A DNA stretch of 64,000 nt, from the NCBI GenBank assembly GCA_043228905.1, contig JBHGNT010000017.1:8990001-9054000 (forward strand). Reading direction: 5' to 3'. The notes under the pieces are model-generated. The model ran no database searches. It had not been told where the DNA came from and was given only the letters and a program-made list of their open reading frames with translations. Origin of the DNA: Azolla caroliniana (lineage: Eukaryota > Plantae > Polypodiophyta). A program made the translations under genes and the position numbers. Every line of letters starts with the position of its first letter. Position 1 is the stretch's first letter. Of this stretch, positions 25,273 to 36,309 are shown one piece after another.

Positions 25273-28200
25273 GAGTGCTCACCAGATGAAGAGACATATT
25301 CGTAAATATGTTTCTGAGAGTCCATCGTGGCTATATTTGTAAATAGCCGAAAATTCATATTAGTATAAATATGACTTAGAGCAAACTTTTAGTGTGTTGT
25401 TGTCATTCTTGTTGGTGCAAGAAGTGAGAGCGCACAACTGTGTACAGGGAGAGGAAGAGGTCGTTGCCTCTGATTGTAACCGCCGCCTATGGCGAAGATA
25501 GCAAGCTCGAGATCGTGGCCTCGGTACTTTCTTATTGTACATTCTGACATAGTGATAGTTCGCGGTCAGTTTAGGGGTTGTCATCTCGCCGGATCCATCT
25601 GGTCGCCGTCCGGTTCCAATCGGCCAAAACCTTTACAAGTAGTTAGGCCAGACCCATTTATCCGATCAATTCAGCTCAAGTCACCTTGAACATTCTATGA
25701 TCCACTCATAGACACAAAGTAATAGATTTTGGCCCTGCTTATATACTCTGGGATCCTTATTTATCCTGTCTATGTGGGATATCTCGTAATTTTGTTTTTC
25801 TCTACTTCTTCTCAAACTTCACATTCACATAACTTGACATTTAGTTGTCCGTTTCAAATGTAGTAAAGTACATTCGTAAGCTCTAAAGATCTCCATCTTT
25901 TTGTACAAGATATTACACTAGTATAAAATAGTATCTTTACTATTATTGTTTTATGTTGTGTGTGAAGAACCACACTCGATTTTGTACATTCCTCGCAATT
26001 TTCACACCGTTTCCGAAAATCTTCACGACACCGGTTGAAGGGAATCCAGCTCGAATTTAATGTGCCGAATATGCCGGAATTGAAGGGGTTGGCTGAACGG
26101 ATGAACTAGACCATAATGGAGAGAGTCTGAAGCATGCTAGAACATGCCAAGTTACCCAAGAAGTTTTGGGTTGAGGCGTTGATGACGGTGACCTATGTGA
26201 TAAACAGATCACCCTCAACACCCTTGGAAGGAAACTCACCGCAGAAAGTATGGACCGGTAAAGATGTATCTTACTGGCATTTGAAGGTGTTTGATTGTCT
26301 CGCATATGTGCATGCCGCAAAGTACAAGAGAGCAAAGTTGAATCCGAAATCCCGGCCCTGCATATTCCTTGGATACAACGATGATGAGTTTGGTTATCGA
26401 GTGTGGGACCTAGTCGACAAGAAGGTGTTCTGGAGTCGGGATATAGTCTTCATGGAAGATAGGACCATTACCAACTGGGAATCGGAGAAGAAGGTGATGA
26501 ACTCTAGATCATCCAATGAAAACCGGCTTGAGGACACAAGGATTTACCCAGTTGAAAACTGGATGTTAGCTGGTAACCGGATGACACTCGACAAACCGGC
26601 TGGATTTGGACAAGAAACCGAACCGACCGAAGAAGAAGAAGAAGAAGTCACCGGAACCGAACAAGATCCTGAATCGGATGAGTATGAGGAACAAACGAGG
26701 GAACCGGTAGTCAGAAACCAAGGACGAAGATACCCTCTTAGAGAGAGAAGAGCCCCCCATATATTTCCGGATGTGGAGCACGTACTACTAACCGATGAGG
26801 GGGAGCAGGAAAGATTTGAGGAAGCAAAGAAAGACACCCACAACCACAAGTGGTTAAGTTTCATGCAAGACGAGATGGATCCCCTGCATGAGAACTAGAC
26901 ATATGAATTGACGTAGCTACCGAAGGAAAGAGGGCACTCCGGAATAACTAGGTGTATAAGCTGAAACCGAGAGACGTCGGAAATCCACCAAGGTACAAGG
27001 CCCGGATCGTGGTGAAGGGTTTCTAGCAGAAGAAAGGAGTGGATTTCAACGAGATCTTTGCCCCGGTAGTAAAGATGGCATCCATCCAGACGGTATTGAG
27101 CATAGCGGCAAGCATGGACCTCGAGGTAGAGCAACTAGACATCAAGACGGCATTCCTATATGGTGACCTCGAAGAAGAGATCTCCATGCATCAACCAGAA
27201 GGATTTGAGAGGAAAAGGAAGGATCACGTGGTTTGTCGGCTGAAGAAGAGCTTATACGGATTAAAGCAAGCCCCCCGGCAATGGTACCGGAAGTTTGACT
27301 CCTTCATGAATGATCAAGGGTACCACAAGACACAAGCCGATGACTGTGTGTTTGTGAAGAAATTTGACAGAGGAGATTTCCTCATATTGCTCCTGTACGT
27401 GGACGACATGTTGATCGTTAGACGAGACCAAGTCAAGATACGAATGTTGAAGAAGGCCCTAAACCGGACCTTCTCAATGAAAGACTTGGGTCCGGCAAGA
27501 CAGATTTTGGGGATGCACATCATACGAGACCGGTTGAAGAAGTTTTTGTGGTTGTCACAGGAGAAGTACATGACAAAGGTGCTTCAATGGTTCAACATTT
27601 CGGAGGCGAAACTGGTCGACACTTCCGGCAAATTGCAAGTTGTCTGGAAAGCAGAGCCCAAAGACAAAGGCAGAGAAGTCGGATATGATGAAGATACCAT
27701 ATGCCTCTGCCGTCGGAAGCTTAATGTTCGCAATGGTGTGCCCCTGGCCGAATATTGCATATGTTGTCAGAGTAGTCAGCCAGTTCATGAGCAATCCGGG
27801 AAGAGAGCACTGGAAACTCCGATATCTGAAAGGCACCTCGAGTATGTGCCTTAGGTTTGGCTCCAGTAAACCCCAACTTGACACATTCACGGATTCGGAT
27901 ACGTCCACTGATGCGGATACCAGCCGGTCGACATCCGGATATGTCATGACTTATGCAGGGGGATTTGTATCATGGCAATCGAGGCTACAGAAGTTCGTTG
28001 CACTGTCGACAATGGAAGCAGAGTATATGGCAGCTATGGAAGCCGGCAAGGAGATAATCTGGATAAAGGACTTCATCGGAGAGCTAGGGATCCAGTAGGA
28101 GGAATTCCGGCTCTACTGCGACAGTCAAATTGCCATCCACCTTGCGAAGAACGAGGCCTACCATTCCCGGACCAATTACATCCAGAGGAGATATCACTAG

Positions 28201-28880
28201 CTCCGGGAAAAGGTAGAAGATCAAGACTTCGTGATGACGAATATCCACATGAAGGAGAACGGATCTGATATGTTGACCAAGGTGCTTTCAACCGATAGTT
28301 GGACGCATGTTGAAGACGGATCAGATTAACAAGAAATCCCATGATGGAGTGAAGGGGGAGTTTGTTGGGAATTCGGTCCCTCCAGATGGGATCCGTATGA
28401 AAACCGAACGAGCCGGATGAAGGAATTGGATCTAGAAGGGGTCCGGATGAGACCCGGAAACCGAATCGAGTGAATCCAGATGGATCTGGTGCAAACCGGA
28501 TCCAAGAACACATGTGTAAATATGTTTCATAGCGAGCCCATCGAGGCTATATTTGTAAATAGCCCTAAAGTCATATAAGTATAAATATGACTTAGGGCAA
28601 CCACTTTAGGTATGATGAGAGCGTTGTATACAGAGAGAGAGATACCGAACTAGTTTTCTGTTGTAACCGCCGGTTTGACGAAGACATAGAGCTCAAGGTC
28701 GTTGCGTCTGAGTCTCACATTCTATTCCTCCTCTCATAGTTATAGTTGGAGTCTGTGGGCTCCCTGGTTTTTCCCATTTAGGGTTTTCCACATTAACATT
28801 CTGTGTCATCTTGGTTTTTAGTTTCTTTTCTTCCATTCCTTGTTGAAGACTCGGTTATGGCCGAGCGTTATTTCCGCACA

Positions 28881-31800
28881 CATACCCTCAGAAACCTTCG
28901 TACTTCTAAGACGGATGTACGTTCCTCTTGCATATTTTGAATTGTTGTCCTTGTTTGGGGATGGCTTTCTCCCATACGGGCCACACATATAACCAACTTT
29001 TAATACCTCTTTTGCCCCAAATATTGACTTCGCCCCTAATAAGGTCAAATGCACTTCTTCCATCCTTGATAGTATCTTCTCACAATCCTTGTTATGGTCG
29101 GCAACAAATTGTCTGCAAACACTTTCGTCCAATTCCTCATTCTTCTCTTCCTCCTTGCATCCCTTAATCGGAACATCATCTAAAAAAGGCAATATGAGGA
29201 ATAAAATCACGAAGTACCTTGTTCATTCCATTCATCATATGCGCCACTAAGTCATCCATACTAACCCTATAGGTGTCTTGATAGAAGTAATATCTCGACT
29301 TTTGATAGCAAGTTGAAATTGATCATACCCGGAATAAAGGTCTCCCATTGAATATATAGCTCTTCTTGCAAACATCTTAGCAAACTCATCCATAGTTGGC
29401 CGTACTCCCAAGTTTCGGATTGTTACCTTATTCACGGGTTGCATATCTTGGATAAATCGGAACCATCCATCTTTCTTTAACACAGTGAACCATCGACTCG
29501 AGTAAGGATCTTTCGATGGCTCCAAGATACCCATCCTTATCTTTTCTTTCAGAAGTTCTAATAGTTGGGGAATTCTAGCCCTAAGCATAGGTATTGGCTT
29601 AAAGTTCCATGGATATGAGGGATAGTGAATATAACCATGGGCTCCACAATTTCTAGATCCACACACCCTATTTCCTTTGGTTGGAATGTGAACGCCTTTC
29701 CATGCCTTTTTAACATCTCCTTGAACTTCTTTTCTTCAACAGGTAATATGAAGCCACCCTCTCCTATTTTCATCTCTTGTATTGTTTCCGGAGTAAACAC
29801 ATGTCCTACCTTTCGTGGGTCTCTGATCATTGGCTCTGCGGCTACTTCTTTGATTGCCCTTTCACTATCCCCTGGAAGTGGAGCAACAATAGGACGAACC
29901 TTCTTCTGCATTGTCTTGTACTTTGTCAGGACATGTGCCTCATGACCCTCATACATCTTGATAGAATGGACATGAACTTGAATTTCTTCCTCGTCCTCCA
30001 TCGCTTCCAAATGACTTATTGTATCTTCAAAACTTAATTCTTGAAACATATCCTGAACTTCATCATCATCATCTATTAATCCAGAACACTTAAAGTTCTC
30101 AATAATATTTTGTATTTTATTATTATTTACTTTTAACATAAAAGTAGCACCACCAGATGAGAGTGTACAAGGAATATCTTTATTTACATTATTATTTATG
30201 GGGATTTCTTTTATATTCGGGCTATCATAGCCCCTACCTGTAAAAGCCCTATCTAAAAATCCTGGGAAAACCCGTCATCCATCTCTTGAATTGGATGTTC
30301 CCTCAAGCCATTCTTTGTTTCTTTCATGGTTGGGCCTCACGGTTAAGAATTGGACATTCTTTCTTCCATCTTGACTCTTGATTCTCGCGAAAGCCAAACC
30401 ATCATCAATCACCTTTGTTTCCATCCTTACTGATGTGATGTAAGGCTGACCAAGGATGACGGGGTAGGTTGATCGATCCTGCACAAAGAAATTTTGATTC
30501 ACCGACACATCACCGATTGTTACCTTCACACTAGGACATGCTCCAAATAAATCTTCCATAGTCTCAATGGAAACTATTATTTTCCATCCATGATTCTAGT
30601 CGATCGGCAACCGTCCTCGAGCGTAAAATTCCAATGACATCATGTTAATCTCTAATCCATGATCGATCAAAGCAATACATGGAATTTGTTTCTCCCCAAT
30701 TTTTGCAATCGCCTCCGTTGTTGCTCGAGCCCAATGGTCCCTTCTATAGTGACTCCTATCCCCTTCATGAACCCCAACATCATTTTTGTTTTTTACACTT
30801 GCAACATTGATGGTGCCAACATACAAATCTTGGAGTGTTGATGCACACCCTCTTGTAATTTCCTCCGTCACTTGTCTCTTTCTTCTAATAATATCTATGA
30901 TAACTTCATGAAATTCTTTCTTTACTATACCCAATACTTCTCTTAAAGTAAATTCTACCTTACTATTTAATATTCTTGTTTCTAGTACCTTTTTTATATC
31001 CATCGTTGTTTCTATATCTGATGCAAGCTTGAAAGATGGGCATGTCTTCCCATTTACTCTATCAGCTTCCTTAGTCTCAAGAGCACCCTTTTCCATATCC
31101 CTTCTCTTTTGTTCTCGTGTCTCATGTTTCTTTTCCGGATCAACCTCCTCAACTCTCTTCTACTATTACCTCTTGTGCATTCACTTGGGTGAATGTTGAT
31201 AATGCATCTATTGGATCATCCCATTCAGTGAAGTTTCGTATTTCATCTCCCGCTCTTTTTAATTCATTCACTCGAACCGTCCCTTTTCTTGCATACTCCA
31301 TCACCTCATGCCAAAAGCGAGATCCACCATATGAGTCTTCTATGCGCAACCCTAAGGTTGCCATGGATTGTATCGCTTGAGTTGTTTATCTTTTGGCATC
31401 TTCCATTATCTTTTTCATTCCACCTCGTCTGAAGTTGAGTTGAAGTGGTTTTCGAGTAAATTTTGCCATCCTGATAGTAGATTTTATCATGATTAAGAGA
31501 ATCCCTATGTTCTTGACAATCTTTCTTCTAGTGGTCGATACTGTCACACCACATACACCTTTGGACCATTCCACCTCCTTGTCTTGACGAAGTTGAGCTT
31601 TGTCCTGATTCTAGCTTCGTCACTTTGATCGACATGTCTTTCATTCCTTTCATCAATTCATGCAAGAGAGATTTTTCTACTTTCTTTTCTCCCAGCTCAT
31701 TCCTCGTTTCTTCTTCATTTCTCTCCGGCAGCTCCATAAACGATAACTTTCTTTTACAGAAATGGGCGCAAAGCCCTTTTCACCTCCTCCCATTCTTTAG

Positions 31801-33278
31801 TAAGTCCACTCGGACTACTCTAATCTTCCAAAATCAATCTCAAGTCCTTCCTGTCTTTAATATTAGTAGCTTGTAGAAACAATATTACTTTATCTAGCAC
31901 TATTATATTTCTATCTCTAACATTTAATTGCTCAAATCTTTCAGAAAAATCTTTTAATACTTCCAAAACACTTCAATATTTATCAGACTCTACCCAATCC
32001 ATGAAAGCTCGCCTTGTCATCCTTGACATATCGTTGAGGTTGTATTCATTCAGTAATGCTCTTTTGAAAGTTTCCCATGTCGGATGCTCCCTCTATAGCT
32101 CTTGGATCCTTTGTTGTAGCCCAATCGCAGGGACTCGACTAAAGCTATTAATTTTGGTAGCTTCGTCACCACCACCTTTAAGCATTTCTTCAATGTAAAT
32201 CTTCAGAAATCTTGTTAAATTTATACCTTCAAAGATTCCTACTCGTGCAACTTAGAACATTATCAATGCTTGCCATCATCCCTTGCTCTCGCATCATTCG
32301 TTCCATCATTGTACAAATAAGCCTCATTTGCTCCTCCATTTTCCCTTGTCATCGCCTTCATGTTGGGCTCACCAAATATCTCGGGGAAGTTGTGGATTGT
32401 GTGGCGAAGTCATAAGGACTAAGGTTAAGGGAAGTTGAAGAAACCTTTTTAAGGCTTGCGCACAAATGTTAGGAAGATTAAGGCTAAGAAGAATAAGAGT
32501 TTAAAGTAATGTGTGAGAGAGAGACGAGCATAATAAGAGATAGAGACAATGTATGATTCAAGAAACAAGATAGAGACAAAGTATGATTTAAGAAGCAAGA
32601 TAGAGACAAGTATATTTTGAGGAGCAAGAGTATATAATATGAACATGATGTATATTAAGAATTCAAGATTTTACCAACTTTACAATGCTTGATCGCAAGA
32701 CCTTTCTCTACCAAATTCCGACTTGAACCCTCGACTTCCACTTCTAAACACAAGATGTTTACCAAATGAGCTCTTTTTAATTTCTAATTTTTTCTCAATC
32801 GCCCCCTCTTTTCCCTTTCCCTCTTTAAATAGGTGCGGCTCCCCATGTATATGATGCATGTGAAGGTACAAGACATGCATGTAGTGCATGAAATGCATGT
32901 GATGCATGATCGTCATTTGGCGTTCATGCATTACATTTGATGCATGATAGACATCTCGCTCAGTTGAGCTTTCATGTATGAAAAAACACATGCATAAGTA
33001 CAAACATGAAAATACAATTTTAAAAACAAATGACTTAGCCTAATGGTATGTGCCCTGTATTTGGTATGTGAGGTTGTGGGTTCAAGTCTCTCAAATGTTA
33101 TTCAATACAATATTTTAGTTTATTTTCATATCCTTTATGACACCTTAAAATAAATAACTTGACCTAGTGGTATGTACTTCCTACTTGGTGTATGAAGTTA
33201 TGGTTTCAAGTCTTCCAAATATTATTGAATACAATATGTAAGTTTATTTTTATATCGTGAAGCAAATCCTTCACAACA
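28881..33278 (-). mobile_element. Ty3/gypsy G2, 5' part: LTR 32377-33278, tRNA-Trp-type PBS 32358-32374, gag, PR, RT; truncated by A2
   Basis: RCMWCDSIDH, ALIDHGLEIN, YSMGDLYSGYDQF, PFLDD; PBS TGGTGAGCCCAACATGA; homologous to G3 throughout. Confidence 0.9.
33036..33217 (+). promoter_or_regulatory. Two tandem tRNA-like Pol III A/B-box cassettes in the G2 LTR
   Basis: TAGCCTAATGG-32nt-GGTTCAAGTC and TGACCTAGTGG-32nt-GTTTCAAGTC, in ~124-bp duplicated units followed by T-runs. Confidence 0.6.
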
Positions 33279-35422
33279 CCATGCTTGGAATTCAAAGATC
33301 ACGCACCAGTTGTGTAAGATGGGGTTTGCGGCCTCGAAGTCCGACTCTGCTCGGTTCATCCGGAAAGGTTCGGATAGGCCAGTGTGTATCTTGCTATACG
33401 TGGACGATCTGGTCATCACCGGACCCGGCCTCATTGAAATCAACCGAGGGAAGTCCCAATTGTCGGATGCATTCAAAGTGAAGGACTTGGGGGACCTTCA
33501 TTACTTCCTCGGGATCGAAGTGATCCATACCCCTGACGGCATATTGTTGTCCCAAAGACATTACGTGTTGAACATGTTGTTCAAGTTTGGCATGACCGAT
33601 TGCCGACCGGGCTCCACACCCCTAGACCGGAGCGTGAAGCTTCGTCCCGACTCCAGATTGGCCTACGATGAGAAACAATTCTGACAAATTGTCAGAAGCC
33701 TTATTTATTTAACGATCACCTGACCTGACATTAGCTATCCGGTCGGAGTGATTAGCCAATTTATGCAGAAGCCAACCGTGGAGCATCTTCAGTGCGTGTA
33801 CCGAATACTGACGTATGTTAGCGGCACTAAGGGCTGGGGATTGTTATACCGACATGGTATAACCGAGAAGCTAGTCGAATATACAAATGCCTACTGGGCC
33901 GGTGATGCGTCAGATCGGCGGTCAATATCCGGATTTATGTTTTCTCTAGGTAGCGTAGCTGTTGCATGGAGCAGCAAGAAGCAACCGATAGTGGCTCACT
34001 ACCGTTGCCACCTGTGAAGCCATATGGCTTTGGTGGCTGCTACAAGACCTCCGGATCAAAGTCCCAACTCCGATCTCGATCTACTGCGACAACATGAGCA
34101 ACATGCAGCTAGCCAGGAACCTTGCGTTCCATGCTTGGACGAAGCACATAGAAGTGCATTATCACTTCGTGCGTGAGCGGGTCCTCAACGGTGAAGTCGA
34201 ACTCCGGTATGTCCAGAAGGATCGGTAGGTTGCCGACATCTTCAACAAGGGGCTCGAAACCAACAAGTTGCAGCATTTTTCGGAGATGCTTGGTCTTTAG
34301 CATCTCGACAAGCTACACTTGAGGGGGAGAACCAGTACTGGTACATGGAGAACCGGAACAAAAACTGGAAAGGCAATTAATAGCATCAGACAAGGAGTCA
34401 GAGCATTCGGAGAGAAGGAAATAACCGCAACAAGGGGAGACAAGAAGAAAAACAAAGTTGAGTCGACTGAAGAAACCAGCACGTCCGAACAAGTCGGAAC
34501 AAGCGGCGATGATGGCAGAGTTAAGAAGAATAGAGACGACCAGAACGAGAAGGCCAAGGCCCGAACATGGTCCGACGTGATGAAGGGCCTGGAGGTTGAA
34601 GACGAATTGGAGACAACCAATTTGGACAAGAGTTGGAACGAATTGGGCGTACCCAATTCAGAAGAGGAGTTCGAATCGAAGAAGTCGAATCAACTAAAGG
34701 CTTAACGGATGAGAAGGTAGTTGAGCAGACAAGTTGACCGAGGTCAAGAGGTGTGGAAAGTGGGACCGGATGGGTCGAGGAGTGCGAGTAAGGAGGGAAG
34801 ATGCTAAGAGGAGCCGGAGGGAAGGTCTGACGGACACTGACACCCCGATCCGACCTCAAGTTGAGCTTGAAGGGGAGTGTTGAGTGGACAAGCTCAACCG
34901 TATCCGAATCCACTGAATAAGCCGGAGCCGAATCGGTATCCGGAACCAAGAGCCGGATCGGAGAGACGGAACAGGTTGTGACCAGTAGGCCATTAGAGGC
35001 CTACAATCCTAGCCTAGTACGTAGGTATATTCCTTGGAGTCAGTGTCAGTCGTTCGTATGAGCATTGAAGTACTTGTCAGTACTTCTGTCAGTCCTTTTA
35101 ATGATTTATATAAAAAGTGTCGGCTACACATATGTCAACTGGGTCGAAGACGCCATGGATAGACGGTCGACATCAGGTTTCATGTTCTCTCTTGGGAGCA
35201 CGATTGTAGCATGGAGCAGGAAGAAGCAGCTGACAGTGGCCCTTTTAAGGACTTTTGTATGTACAGAGTGTTATTATTTTGAATTGAGTTTATGTTATTC
35301 TGCTCTCTCTGTCTCTCCGATGTATTGTGTATTCTCAAGCTTCCATTAAACCTTCATTTCTGTTTTACTATTATTATCCGGTTGAACAGGTTTATCTAAG
35401 CTTCCGCATATTAACTTTTACA
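33279..35422 (+). mobile_element. Copia family B 3' part: RT, RH, extension, PPT, 3' LTR (34878-35422)
   Basis: LLYVDDLVI, KDLGDLHYFLGIEV, TWSDVMKGL; GAAGGGGAG PPT followed by TGTTGAG...TTTTACA. Confidence 0.9.
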
Positions 35423-35972
35423 AGTCGACTACATCATGGATGCTCCAGGTCAAGGAGAAGGCCGACTAGTCAAGTCGACTAGATAGGCGACATGGTAGTC
35501 AGCTAGTCAGGCCAACTGTAAAATCGACATTGGAGTTGATCAGTCGGTTGTTTGACTGAGATTATTATTATTAGATAATAATAATAATACTAACAACTAT
35601 ATTTCTAAATAGCGCATACTATGTATGAGTATAAATACACCTAGGGCAAACATAAAGTTGTGTGATGCAGAATAGAGCTTTTGTAGGGAGTGTAACAGAG
35701 AGACAAAGAGACGCAAGAGCGCGTGAGTGAGTGGCGCCATAATTGTAGGAGACTAGATGCCAAGAGCCCTATGTGGCTGTTACACTGTACGCAAAGAGTG
35801 ATTTGTAAGTTGTTCTTACCTATATTTTCTGCCTATAGTGAACATCTGCGGCCCGTGGTTTTACCTTGTTTAGGGTTTCCACGTAACATACCGGTGTACT
35901 ATGTGTTTTGCGTTTTTCGTTGTTTTCTGCTTTCGCGCTATCTATTTCTGTTCATCTTTCTCATAGATCTAC
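35423..35972 (+). mobile_element. Truncated LTR of another copia family related to A
   Basis: TATAAATA..CTAGGGCAA and CCCGTGGTTTT..TAGGGTTTCCACGT motifs shared with family A LTRs; probable end at GATCTACA. Confidence 0.6.
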
Positions 35973-36309
35973 ATTCCAATCACTACATATCCAACCTTAC
36001 ATGCATTCCTACCATGGAAGACCGAATCCTTTGTGAAATTCAACATGTGTAGTACATTTTCCATGTAATTTATTTCTTCCACCTTGATGAATATTGGAAT
36101 CCCTCTGATATACTTTATTGGATATGATGTATTATACATCATCCCTATGTAGCTAGGTCTCTCCACCTTCAACTAAATCTTCTCAAAACATTCCTTGTGA
36201 TGATCATGTGATTCAATGCTCCTTAATAAAGGTACCCTATTTGATTCGTGTTTAATCAATTTTGTCTCTTCATGCTCGCTACAGGCCTCATTATTGGTAC
36301 TCTATTATC

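Larger units (their letters stand above)
20804..25568 (+). mobile_element. Copia family A copy A3, internally deleted (most of INT lost): 5' LTR 20804-21704, PBS 21708-21719, 3' LTR 25002-25568, TSD GTTTA
   Basis: Both LTRs start TGTTGGGAGACAGG; GTTTA at 20799-20803 and 25569-25573; 530-aa RT-RH ORF at 23399-24991. Confidence 0.92.
20333..26030 (-). mobile_element. Gypsy-type solo LTR (~930 bp of its own sequence) with 12-bp terminal inverted repeats, interrupted by copia A3; TSD CCGG
   Basis: TGTCGTGAAGAT...ATCTTCACGACA with CCGG on both sides. It is homologous to the LTRs at 40549 and 42494 and shares the RY/TATA block of LTR 32377-33278. Confidence 0.85.
13658..28880 (+). mobile_element. 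Copia family A copy A2, 5'-truncated and split by nested insertions (segments 13658-14528, 20097-20332, 26031-28880); 3' LTR 28363-28880
   Basis: Integrase reads continuously across both insertions (LELVHT|DVCQVD; EEYYR|LKGI). RT/RH motifs at 27039-28350, GAAGGGGGAG PPT, and an LTR homologous to 9915-10482. Confidence 0.9.

Noticed and set aside
20333-26030. MITE or DNA transposon suggested by the 12-bp TIRs
   Set aside because: TG..CA ends, a directional TATA/RY block shared with the PBS-adjacent G2 LTR, and the same 4-bp TSD style as G3 favour a solo LTR.
33036-33217. Functional tRNA genes (some resemblance to tRNA-Pro)
   Set aside because: No good anticodon or acceptor stems; only the promoter boxes are retained.
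35969-36309. Possible host gene fragment
   Set aside because: Short and AT-rich, with at most a faint resemblance to a degraded copia RT end; not supportable as a gene.
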